Below, piece after piece: positions 41,324 to 50,352 of a stretch of 64,000 bases of DNA (its first letter is position 1; each line of letters opens with the position of its first letter). This DNA is from a virus. Where the stretch lies: positions 1-64,000 of the IMG/VR virus record IMGVR_UViG_3300033571_007537; one strand, given 5' to 3'. The position numbers and the translations under genes are program-made. The notes below the pieces were generated by a model that worked only from the letters and a program-made list of their open reading frames with translations, ran no database searches and had not been told where the DNA came from.

Positions 41324-44300
41324 TAGCTAATCCTTTCAAATACTGCGTAACCATCTGAATCCCAGCCCAAGAACCTTAGGGCAGTGTTACGTGGGAGAAG
41401 GTATTCGTCCTCTGTATCATACCAGCTAATGGTGCTTAGGTCAATTCCGCTGGTGTTGTTAGGCATGACAATACGCATCGGGATTTGGTTAACATCTCCT
41501 GTACTTATGTCAATATCGCGGGCCTCATCAGAAAATACTTTGGTATGAGATGTTGATGAATAAGCTCTGTCAATAAGAACTTGCCCCGGTTGAGGGTTTA
41601 GTCTCTCCCAAGTAGATAGCTTCAACATTCTATAAACAGTCGACCCCGGCGGTAAATGAGCACTGAGAGTCATAGCTTCGTCAATGTCTTTAACTTGCTT
41701 TGAGTTTTCCATATCTGGGTCAGCATCACGCAATCCATTGTTAATTAGTAGCGAGCTGTCAACGTAGGTAAAGGCAGATTCACCAACGGAAGTGAGTGCA
41801 TCGAAGTCAGCATCCTGTGGAGGTAGTGGCTTGTAGTTCGGGTCCTTCGTTAAAACTTCAAGAGTCTTTTTACGTAAAGCATCACGGTCTTTTTTGCTTG
41901 GGTCCTTACCTATTTTAGAAAGCGCGTCAGCTTCAGGAGAACTTGGGACAGCAATAAATCCGTTTATATAAACTGGCTTATCTTTATTGAGGGTGTTGTA
42001 GACAGGCTCGTTGACTTCTACCTCTGGCATAGGCAGCTTACTGCGGTCTACCTTAACTTTTTCTTTTGGCTTTACTTTAGGTAGAGGCTTGATTGGAGTT
42101 GGGATTGGGGCTTTAGGTTTAGGGGCATCTACTTTAGGTCTTACTGTTAGGTGTAGACCCTCAACTCCATTAGAGCCAATAGGTTTTCTTTCAGCGGAGA
42201 CAACCTCAAACTTGGCGTTTCTAGCTAAAAGGACTTCCTCTTCATCGCCATAGCCTCCATCGATATCTAAGATGTCAATGTCTAATCCGCTACTACCTTT
42301 AGGCATATCGAACTGTACAACTACAGGAACCTTGCCCTCAACGTCAGTAGCAAATCTCTCGGCTATGGCAGGGTCTTTACTGGTAGAAGAAAATGTAGAG
42401 AAAGACCAAGTGCTACCCTCCGTGGTCCTGCTAGCAAACTCTTCAAATTTTTCTGGCGAGATGCGAATACCGCGATGGACAGAAGTGTCTGTCTCAAATT
42501 TAGTATTGGCAATAGCAGAGTCCAAACCTTCAATGGCTTTAATTGCGTCTATCTGGTCCTTTGTTAGACCATCTAGGTCGACATCGGAGTCTTTGCCATT
42601 AACTGCGTCGATATAGCTTTGAATAGGTTTATCTTTTAGAGCCAGTATTGTTTCGTTGATTTTGTCTTCGAAAATATAGTTGTAAATCGAAGACATCTCT
42701 TTACTGGAGTAGTTAGCTTGAAGTGCTTGGTCTGGCTGTGGCTTTTGTGGAACTATTGGTTCTGGTTCTGGGTCTGTGGCTTCTGAAGTTGCATTAACGG
42801 CGTAGTCATCAACGGTGGCACGCTTAGGCTCTTGCTCGATGATTTCGACGTCAACGATTCTTGTGCCTTCAACTGTGTTGATTCCAGTAACTCTGTATTT
42901 AGTGTTTGGCGGAAGAAGAACTTCCTGCTCCTGCGAACCATAGCTGGAGACGTTGTCTGGAATCTTAAAACCCTTTTGACCCTTACGTGCTACAACTCTG
43001 AATAGTGCACGACCGACTGTTCCTGTGAGGTCCATGTCTGTATAGAAAGCTGCCCGCTGTCTGTCAGTTGTGTTTGAGGCGATTCCTCGGTCGACATACT
43101 CGTCGCCTACTTTTAGATTCAACAACTCTTCCCATTGGTTGGCATCTTCCTCGGGATATGCCCTACCTCTGTAGATTAGAGTGTCTACTTTTACTTCACT
43201 ATCGTCAATCAAATCAAGAAGTACTTGGATTCCCTTTTTTGACTTTTCTGTTACATCTTCTCCAGCTCGTAAGAACTTAGTTGCTTGTTCGTAGCCAGTG
43301 TCAGTAAACCATTCAAGAACGTTCTCTTGTCTATCAGTTAGGTCTGGATTCTCGGTGAATGGGTCGTTGAATGAATTCGTGCCTTCGACCTCTGGTTCGT
43401 CGGCGAAGTAGTTGTCTAGTTCTTTGAATTCCTGAGGTTGTACTTCAGGTGTGGCTTCGGGTGTAGGAGGGTCTAACTCAATCCAAATATGGGCTTGCCC
43501 ATCGATAGGCTCTGCCTTAACTACTGTATACGAGAGACCGTGAGGCATCAAGAACTCGCGCTCCTCGAAACCTAAAGTCACGCCATGAGAACCTGCTGGA
43601 GCTAAGACATGTAATTGGAATTTCATCTCTTTGCCGTACCTGTTTTTTAGAGGTTTACCAGCAGACAGCTCAGTAGTCGTAGATAAAAATCCTTTGCTTT
43701 CCCACTTTTCACCGACTATAGATTCTAAAGACCTAACCTCTTTATCCCCCGAATCAGTAGATTTCTCTAGCTTGTACGTACCGTCTTCTTGCTGGACAAA
43801 ATCATAACCTCCCCAAGTGGTCTGAGACCTTAAGAAAGACATTGGTTCAGGCAAAGTAGTAGACATAGCATGTTCTTGTAAAGCATCAATTTGTGCTTTA
43901 ATCTCGTCATCGACATCAGCTACATTGCCTCTTAGATAGTCATTCATGTAATTAAAGCCCATACCAGTGTATTCGTCAATCGCGTCATTTAAGACGTCGC
44001 TATACTCGTCCTCGTCTGTCTCATCGAGTCTAATCACTTCACCGTACTCTGACGGCTTATATCCGTCAGTGACATCTGGTGTGGCAGTTTCTTTTATATC
44101 AGCTGGAAGCTCATCTGTGCGGCTACGGTGAACCATGAAAGGCTGACCAGAAAGTTCTTGGAAAACAGAAAGCATCTTGAGGGTGTTGTCTGTCTTATCG
44201 TTCTTGAAAGACGCTGGGTCACCATTTCCATAGCCAGCTGGAGCCAAGGACCCATCCATGCCACCAATTCGTGTAATGTCTAGACCAACCTTGCCGTCAC

Positions 44301-45681
44301 CAACATCAACAAACAATCTCTTGATGTCGCTAAAACCCAGTGACTCGTCAGACGCTTTGTATTCGTCGTAAGCACCTTCGCCATAAAGCTCGTCAAACTT
44401 TGCTTTGATGTCAGCGGCAGTCTTACCATGCTTCCCGAGGAACTCGGCTGCATCGTTACCTAGAGGGTCAACTGGTAGTAGGTCGAACTGTCCTGCCAAA
44501 GCGTAGTGGCGATACGGAGTGCTACCAGTAGACCTGCCAACACCATCTTGATACTTCTCAAGCCAAGGGGCTAGTTCAGGTTGTGCCAAATCTCCAACGC
44601 GACGTACACGGTCAGGTTGTGAAGTTACGCCACGACCAATGACAACTCCGAACTCGTCTTCAAGTTGGCTGTAGCCAATCATTCCAAAAACTTCGTCTGG
44701 CTTAACGTCGATTTCGTAACGTCCGTTGCCGTTGATGTTCGGTGCTTGGCTGTTGTAGTCATAAGCAAAGTCAGCGTTGGTTGTAACGTAACCTAGTGCT
44801 GATTCCTCTGGGGTGCCCTTTTGGTTTGTAGCGTTGCGATAAAAGGTAATCTTGCCATCAGGGTTCATGTTCAAGACACGCTCTGCGTAAGCCTTGTTGA
44901 TGTCCTTCATTTCCTGAGGGATTTCATCAAGACTGTTAGGAGACTGACTCATCTGTCCGACAGAGAGTTCTTTTACTCTGCCCCAGAAGTCTTCAAAGGT
45001 TGGATACTTTTCTTTCCAACTCGGGTCTTGGTTCTTTAGGTTTTCGTAGACAAGGTTGTAGTCTTCCTTAGCACCCTTAGCAATGTCTGACTCTTCTCCC
45101 CAGAAGTTGGTGTTCGTCTGACGAGGAACTGGGAATCGCCCCTCTTCTTTAAGATTCTGAGTAACTGTAGAAAGTTTACGTTCCTGAACCTCGCTACCAG
45201 AAAGATTTTCTTTTCTTTCGGTTACTGGTTTAGCGACACCCAATTCCTTAGGCTCGTACTTGATTGACCCGATGTCTTGAATTGCTGCCTCGTCGCGAGC
45301 ACTTACTTCATTGCCCTCGTAATCCTTACCCGGTTGGATTCCCATGCGGTCAAGGTCTTCTTGCTTGAGGGTAGCAATTACAGTTGAGCCATTGTCAGAA
45401 CTTACGTAGTAGTAGCCATCTGGAACGTTCGGGTCGCCCTGAACATAAACTCTTCCGAAAACGGAGTCGTTGCTTCCTTCAAACTTGCCAATAACATTTA
45501 CAACTCGTCCGTCTGCAAGACGTACTTTGAATTTAATTGACCTACCCATATCAACGAACCGCTTATAGCGGTCACGCCATTGTCTACGCCAGAAGCCCTT
45601 GTTGGCTCCTTCGTTACCGATAACGGCAACTAGAGCGGTGCTCTGCGGCTTAGGTATGCTAAAGGACGTTATGTGACGCAT
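41323..45681 (-). CDS. Tandem ADP-ribosyltransferase protein (4 VIP2-like R-S-E domains plus 1 divergent ART-like domain)
   Basis: FYR/VTT/EDE; FLR/FLSTT/ERE; YRG/ASNT/EQE; HRG/FSSTS/EEE; VYR/YSSTS/EDE. Confidence 0.85.
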   Translation of the reverse strand: MRHITSFSIPKPQSTALVAVIGNEGANKGFWRRQWRDRYKRFVDMGRSIKFKVRLADGRVVNVIGKFEGSNDSVFGRVYVQGDPNVPDGYYYVSSDNGSTVIATLKQEDLDRMGIQPGKDYEGNEVSARDEAAIQDIGSIKYEPKELGVAKPVTERKENLSGSEVQERKLSTVTQNLKEEGRFPVPRQTNTNFWGEESDIAKGAKEDYNLVYENLKNQDPSWKEKYPTFEDFWGRVKELSVGQMSQSPNSLDEIPQEMKDINKAYAERVLNMNPDGKITFYRNATNQKGTPEESALGYVTTNADFAYDYNSQAPNINGNGRYEIDVKPDEVFGMIGYSQLEDEFGVVIGRGVTSQPDRVRRVGDLAQPELAPWLEKYQDGVGRSTGSTPYRHYALAGQFDLLPVDPLGNDAAEFLGKHGKTAADIKAKFDELYGEGAYDEYKASDESLGFSDIKRLFVDVGDGKVGLDITRIGGMDGSLAPAGYGNGDPASFKNDKTDNTLKMLSVFQELSGQPFMVHRSRTDELPADIKETATPDVTDGYKPSEYGEVIRLDETDEDEYSDVLNDAIDEYTGMGFNYMNDYLRGNVADVDDEIKAQIDALQEHAMSTTLPEPMSFLRSQTTWGGYDFVQQEDGTYKLEKSTDSGDKEVRSLESIVGEKWESKGFLSTTTELSAGKPLKNRYGKEMKFQLHVLAPAGSHGVTLGFEEREFLMPHGLSYTVVKAEPIDGQAHIWIELDPPTPEATPEVQPQEFKELDNYFADEPEVEGTNSFNDPFTENPDLTDRQENVLEWFTDTGYEQATKFLRAGEDVTEKSKKGIQVLLDLIDDSEVKVDTLIYRGRAYPEEDANQWEELLNLKVGDEYVDRGIASNTTDRQRAAFYTDMDLTGTVGRALFRVVARKGQKGFKIPDNVSSYGSQEQEVLLPPNTKYRVTGINTVEGTRIVDVEIIEQEPKRATVDDYAVNATSEATDPEPEPIVPQKPQPDQALQANYSSKEMSSIYNYIFEDKINETILALKDKPIQSYIDAVNGKDSDVDLDGLTKDQIDAIKAIEGLDSAIANTKFETDTSVHRGIRISPEKFEEFASRTTEGSTWSFSTFSSTSKDPAIAERFATDVEGKVPVVVQFDMPKGSSGLDIDILDIDGGYGDEEEVLLARNAKFEVVSAERKPIGSNGVEGLHLTVRPKVDAPKPKAPIPTPIKPLPKVKPKEKVKVDRSKLPMPEVEVNEPVYNTLNKDKPVYINGFIAVPSSPEADALSKIGKDPSKKDRDALRKKTLEVLTKDPNYKPLPPQDADFDALTSVGESAFTYVDSSLLINNGLRDADPDMENSKQVKDIDEAMTLSAHLPPGSTVYRMLKLSTWERLNPQPGQVLIDRAYSSTSHTKVFSDEARDIDISTGDVNQIPMRIVMPNNTSGIDLSTISWYDTEDEYLLPRNTALRFLGWDSDGYAVFERIS

Positions 45682-45708
45682 GACCAGCGTCCCTACTTTC
45701 TGTAAGGA

Positions 45709-46236
45709 CTAGGCGCTGTACTCGTCTACAACAACTGGGTTAGAGATTGCCTGCTTAAGTTCTGAAACACTCATGCCTAAGCTTGCAGCAACATACCACA
45801 TGTGCTTCTTTAGCTTGTCATCGCGACCTGCTAAGAAGTCAGCAATGCCCTGCTCGTTGCAGTCGTTAGCGATTGAGAACGCACGTAGGTTACACGCAAT
45901 AATCTGTACTAGGTGTCCAGCCAAGTCCATCAACATTGTTTCTGGAGCTGCTGATGAAACGCGAACTGCCTTAACAGATGTAAGTGCTAGGAAGTCTTCT
46001 AGTAGGTATGGTGCATCAAAACCTAGCTTAAGAATGTTCTCAGCTGTTGGGTCAATGCTGTCTTCGATGTCTTCGTAGATTCCTGCGAAGAAAGCGTGGT
46101 ACTCAGAAAAGTCTGAGCCCTTTACGTTCCAGTGGAACCCCTGAACAACCTTGCTCAGTACTACTGCATCGGCTAGTACTTCTGCCAGTGCACCTGCAAG
46201 AGCTTCGTGCTTTGCATCCTTGTTAATTGGGTACAT
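45709..46236 (-). CDS. dps: Dps / ferritin-like DNA protection protein (start reassigned to MYPINK)
   Basis: FHWNVKG..F...H..F...Y......D..AE signature and C-terminal K..W; AAGGAA RBS. Confidence 0.9.
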   Translation of the reverse strand: MYPINKDAKHEALAGALAEVLADAVVLSKVVQGFHWNVKGSDFSEYHAFFAGIYEDIEDSIDPTAENILKLGFDAPYLLEDFLALTSVKAVRVSSAAPETMLMDLAGHLVQIIACNLRAFSIANDCNEQGIADFLAGRDDKLKKHMWYVAASLGMSVSELKQAISNPVVVDEYSA

Positions 46237-46246
46237 TTTTATTTCC

Positions 46247-48031
46247 TTATAGTTCAGGTTCTGCCAAAGGCGGAACTGCTTCTTCTGTTGGTTGAGCCTC
46301 TGCTGGTGCTTCGGCTTGTGGATTACCGCCCTCTGGAGCAGGCGCACTGTTTAGTGCTTCCGCAACTTCTGGAGGTAGTGGAGCGACGCTTGTAGCTTGT
46401 TGAGCTGAACGTGCGGCGTTCATAATCTCTGGGGCAACGGCGTTCATCAAAGCTTCTGTAAGCTCTGGTGTAATCATGCCCTTCTCTAGCATAATGCGAA
46501 GTCCAAGTTCTGTTGGGCTTGGGGCATCTGCTTCAGAGAATCCGTGTGCTCGACGCCATGTGTCGTAAGACACTGCCATCTTGTCAAATCCAGCATCGGC
46601 GTCTGCTGCACGGTCGTTACGAGTTGCAACCTGTGATGGGTCATACCAAATAACAATCTTGTCAACTGCTTCTGGAGGGAAGCCATTTGCTTTCAAATAC
46701 GGACGTAGGTAGACAACAGTAAGTGCGTCAGCAATCAAAAGCATTAGCGGCTCAATGTGTGCCTTGTATAGGCTCTCGTCAATCTGAAGTGCGTTTGAAT
46801 ACTTAACGTTAGCAAGACCAGTAACGATGTCCTTAGGGACGTCGAGACCTTGCATAATTCTTTCAAGCACTCGGTCAGCACGGTCAGCAAGAACAGAGTC
46901 AAATGAACGCTCAAACTTGAACTGCTTAATCTTGTCGCCAAGTTCTGCTGGACCACGAATGATAAGTGGAACAACTGCGGACGCTGAGTCTTCATCCTTA
47001 ATAGGAGTTGTCATCGCGTCGATTAGTTGCTCTTCGAAGTCGTCTTGAGCTTCCTCAGGAGTTGGCTCTGCGTATAGACCATCTTCATCTTCGTAAGGAT
47101 AGTTTGGGTCTGGAGACGCGGCTACTGAAAGACCGTCTGGTAGGTAGAGAGCGCCAGCGTTCAGTCTGGAACGCGCAGTCGCACGGAACGTGCGGTTAAG
47201 TAGAAGTAGTTCAGCACAAAGGTCAAGTAGACCTCGCATTGAAGAATCAGACTCTTGAGTGTAACGTGGGTGAGTCTTCCAAATACGTCCAACGAACGCG
47301 TCCTTTGGTAGACGGATTGCACTCTTGCTTGCAGCACTTGAAGCAGAGCCACCAACGTCGCGCATCGGGTTTACAACATAGTTGCCACGTGCGTCAATCT
47401 GAAGTTCGTCAGTTGAGCGGATGTCCCAAGACTCTGGAAGTCCAGTTCCGATACGCTCTGGAATCTGAACTAGGTAGCATTCGCCAGTAACCTGTAGGTT
47501 GAGAGCCATATCCTTAAGCATTCCCGGAACGCCACCATAAGCAGACTCAAGACGAGCAAGTGCACGTTCTGATGCTGAGGCAAGCTGAGGGTCAATCTTC
47601 TCTGAACGAGAAACTGGAGCAGGTGCGTGGCTCGGGTCTTCAATGATTGCAGGGTAAAGACGGATGCGAGATACAACTGAGGCAACTAGGTTGAAAGCGT
47701 ATTTGATTTCACCGATTGCGTCGTAGTATTCCCAAGCTTCTTGCTGCCATGAGAAAGCGGCAGACTGACGTCGATTCTTAAAACGCTCTGCTTCACCTTT
47801 GTCATTCAAGTTCATCTGTGCAGCGGCAGCTGTAAGTGGACGTACGTCAGAGTATGAAGGAGACTCTTGGTAGACAACACCAAATGCGTCTACGCCAACA
47901 CGAACGCCTGATGGCAAAGTCATAGGAGTTACTGAAGCACGGCGTGAGTTCGCAGACGTGGCACGGAACGGACTCGCACCTTGAGGTGCACGGTTCGGTG
48001 CGTCTTTTGCGTTACGTTTGAAAATGCCCAA
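46247..48031 (-). CDS. Portal protein
   Basis: WQ.EAW.YYD.IGE, L.V.GE.Y, R.W..HP, SRL..G, SAVVP motifs of actinophage portals. Confidence 0.85.
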   Translation of the reverse strand: MGIFKRNAKDAPNRAPQGASPFRATSANSRRASVTPMTLPSGVRVGVDAFGVVYQESPSYSDVRPLTAAAAQMNLNDKGEAERFKNRRQSAAFSWQQEAWEYYDAIGEIKYAFNLVASVVSRIRLYPAIIEDPSHAPAPVSRSEKIDPQLASASERALARLESAYGGVPGMLKDMALNLQVTGECYLVQIPERIGTGLPESWDIRSTDELQIDARGNYVVNPMRDVGGSASSAASKSAIRLPKDAFVGRIWKTHPRYTQESDSSMRGLLDLCAELLLLNRTFRATARSRLNAGALYLPDGLSVAASPDPNYPYEDEDGLYAEPTPEEAQDDFEEQLIDAMTTPIKDEDSASAVVPLIIRGPAELGDKIKQFKFERSFDSVLADRADRVLERIMQGLDVPKDIVTGLANVKYSNALQIDESLYKAHIEPLMLLIADALTVVYLRPYLKANGFPPEAVDKIVIWYDPSQVATRNDRAADADAGFDKMAVSYDTWRRAHGFSEADAPSPTELGLRIMLEKGMITPELTEALMNAVAPEIMNAARSAQQATSVAPLPPEVAEALNSAPAPEGGNPQAEAPAEAQPTEEAVPPLAEPEL

Positions 48032-48046
48032 GGGCTTCTCCTAAAT

Positions 48047-48346
48047 CTATTTGTCTAGCTTGGTTGAAATTATGCCAGCAACGGCAGACAAGGCAAGCAT
48101 GGTGCAAAACAACAAAGTTGCCGTAGGAACTATTGTATAGCAAATAAGTGTAAGTGATGAGGCCCAAATGGACATACACCAGTTGCAGGTGAACAAATAT
48201 CCAATTTGAGTGCTAGGGTTCTTCCACTTCCAGATTGCATTACGAAGTGGTTCGAATATTTGGTCTGTAGTTACTAAACGTGAAAGACGGAATACTCCGA
48301 GCGCGAGGATTACTAATTCATATAATTCTGGAACTTGAATTTGCAT
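48047..48346 (-). CDS. DUF1360-like membrane protein (start reassigned to MQIQVP)
   Basis: FRLSRLVTTD.IFEPLR and YLFTC.WCMSIW with hydrophobic helices. Confidence 0.75.
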   Translation of the reverse strand: MQIQVPELYELVILALGVFRLSRLVTTDQIFEPLRNAIWKWKNPSTQIGYLFTCNWCMSIWASSLTLICYTIVPTATLLFCTMLALSAVAGIISTKLDK

Positions 48347-48347
48347 C

Positions 48348-48728
48348 TTAGCCTTTCGTTGAGTAAAGCGTCTTGTAAGGATTCCAGCTTCGTAGACGTG
48401 AGCCACAACCGCAATTGGTGTCCTTCTTGAAGGCTATCACCTTTCCGCTTACAGTGACAACTACTGAGTCTTGTTCTGGTGTTGCGGACTTAAAGAAGTT
48501 CTCTGGGCTGTAGCCCTCGTTGAACACAACTTGGGCACCTTCTGGAGTATCTTGTGCAATAAGAATGTTGGTCTCTGTAACGATAACTCGGGCGGTGTCT
48601 ATTTGGTAAGTGTTGGGCAACGTCGATAGGGACGTGAACTCTTTTGGCTCAGCGATTGTGTTCGCTGGGGCAGCGGAGACGTGGGCTGGAAACAGGTCGT
48701 AAATAATCTTTGGTACTGGACTAGTCAT
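48348..48728 (-). CDS. Hypothetical protein with C-terminal CGCG motif
   Basis: 126 aa, ends CGCGSRLRSWNP. Confidence 0.7.
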   Translation of the reverse strand: MTSPVPKIIYDLFPAHVSAAPANTIAEPKEFTSLSTLPNTYQIDTARVIVTETNILIAQDTPEGAQVVFNEGYSPENFFKSATPEQDSVVVTVSGKVIAFKKDTNCGCGSRLRSWNPYKTLYSTKG

Positions 48729-49230
48729 TCTTGCTTAATCTCCTTGCGATTGCTCTATGAGTAACATTAGCAGCTCTGGCAATGTCTGCAATGGAAACGT
48801 CGTTATCTTTTAGTTCTCGGGTAAGTTGGTCCATCTCCTCGTTGGCTAACGAAGCAGGGTGGCTTGCTGCCATACCACTGCGATAGTTCTTAGCTAGTGG
48901 AGCAATATCGCGGAGTCTATCTGCAATGTCATTAGGGACGCCCGGAGATTTGGGGGTCAGACGCTGGTAGCCACCCTCAGGGGTGCGGAGTCTTGGAAAG
49001 TCAATAGGGACGTCGACGTTGTGAGGTGAGACTTGGTCGAGGCGGTCAATCCACGCCTTTACTGTGGAACGTCCTTTGGGCGGGTCGAGGGCCTCACCGA
49101 TTGCTTGGAGCGTCCAACCTACTTGGTAGAGCTGCTTGGCTCGAATATGTAGACGTTCGCCAGAAAGCGAGCGGAGGAATAGGGACTCTGTTTTGGAGAG
49201 GGACTGGCCTCTTGCGGAACGTCTAGACAT
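48721..49230 (-). CDS. Tandem HTH DNA-binding protein (paralog of 53902-54486)
   Basis: GWTLQAIGEA and VSIADIARAANVTHRAIARRL helix-turn-helix segments; leaderless start. Confidence 0.75.
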   Translation of the reverse strand: MSRRSARGQSLSKTESLFLRSLSGERLHIRAKQLYQVGWTLQAIGEALDPPKGRSTVKAWIDRLDQVSPHNVDVPIDFPRLRTPEGGYQRLTPKSPGVPNDIADRLRDIAPLAKNYRSGMAASHPASLANEEMDQLTRELKDNDVSIADIARAANVTHRAIARRLSKND

Positions 49231-49404
49231 GTATTTATTGTATCATGTCTGCGGCTAAGTTTATGTACTTTAATTAAAAATGATACCTTAACGTATTTTG
49301 CTTTTGGGGTGCGAGATGGCTGCGTATGTTTTCGCGACACGCCCGAATTGTTTCCTGTCCCGTTCAGGTTCTATCATAGATTCGCTTTTGCCAGAGCCTC
49401 AATT

Positions 49405-49920
49405 CCAGACAAAACAAACAACATCAAGCACATAAGCACACATCAAACAAGACAAACAAACAACAAACATCAAGAGTCAATCAACTCAATCAAACACACA
49501 CACACAAACAAGCACATAGACACATCAAACACACATCAACAACACATCAAGCACATCAAACACACATCAAGCAGACTTTTACTCAATCAAGCACATCAAA
49601 CACACACTAAGCACGCCCAGACACCCGTCTAGACCCACTTAGCACCCAGACCCACTTAGACACACCCAGACCCCCTTGAAGTCAATCCCAGACCCTCCCA
49701 GAGCAACTAAGCACACATCTAGGCACACAAACAAACACCCACTAGCCCAGACCCGCCCAGAGCAACCTAAATACCCAGCACAGCGACCAAACACCCGCCT
49801 CGATACGCCCCCAGCGACCAGACCCTCGCTCAAACACCCACCGCAACCCAGTAATCGCCCCATAGAGCCGTGTAGCCCTCAAAGAGCCGTGTAGCCCCCC
49901 AGACCCAGACACGCCCCCCA
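49405..49920. repeat. Strand-skewed low-complexity tract: A/C-rich repeats then C-rich repeats
   Basis: Imperfect AAGCACATCAAAC / ACACATCAA units up to about 49620, then CCCAGAC-like units; direct repeat AGAGCCGTGTAGCCC at 49864 and 49883. Confidence 0.85.
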
Positions 49921-49933
49921 GAGGCGACCCGCA

Positions 49934-49985
49934 ACACGCCGAACATCAAACTCAATTTGACAAACTATAAACAAAACCTCATACT
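49934..49985 (+). promoter_or_regulatory. Early-type sigma70 promoter with upstream ACACGCCG box
   Basis: TTGACA (49957) -N17- CATACT (49980). Confidence 0.8.
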
Positions 49986-50016
49986 TGATACATAGCCACT
50001 AGAAAGGAAATCACAA

Positions 50017-50277
50017 ATGGCAACTCGCAACTCAATCACCGCAATCGAAACCTATGATGTTCTAGGTGAAACAAAGTCAATCGCACCTACCACTCACGCA
50101 CTAGTAGAGGCGGTAACTTGGACTGAGGCAGGAGCAATCGCTACCGCACTAGACCACATGGCAAGCGACATGTCCGACAGTCCAGCAAGTCAGGCATACG
50201 CCACTTACCTCAGAGGCATTGCCCAGAAGTTCGAGGGCGTTCTAAACGCAATCGCAATCGCTAAGGGCATGGACTAG
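50017..50277 (+). CDS. Hypothetical early protein (86 aa)
   Basis: Own promoter, GAAAGGA RBS and downstream terminator. Confidence 0.8.
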   Translation: MATRNSITAIETYDVLGETKSIAPTTHALVEAVTWTEAGAIATALDHMASDMSDSPASQAYATYLRGIAQKFEGVLNAIAIAKGMD

Positions 50278-50287
50278 CCCCCAGCAA

Positions 50288-50325
50288 CAATAAACCCCTC
50301 TAGCAGGTTGCTAGGGGGGTTATTT
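50288..50325. terminator. Intrinsic terminator between convergent genes
   Basis: AACCCCTCTAGCA-GGT-TGCTAGGGGGGTT stem. Confidence 0.75.
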
Positions 50326-50352
50326 GCTACTGAGGCGACTTACGGCAAGCCT

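Noticed and set aside
2-49226. The many + strand ORFs and short alternate-frame ORFs inside long minus-strand genes
   Set aside because: They are shadow ORFs opposite or within well-supported genes and have no motifs or RBS.
49309-49894. ORFs 49309-49632, 49639-49863 and 49676-49894
   Set aside because: Their H/T/Q/K or G/C/V bias simply reflects the low-complexity tract, and they have no RBS.
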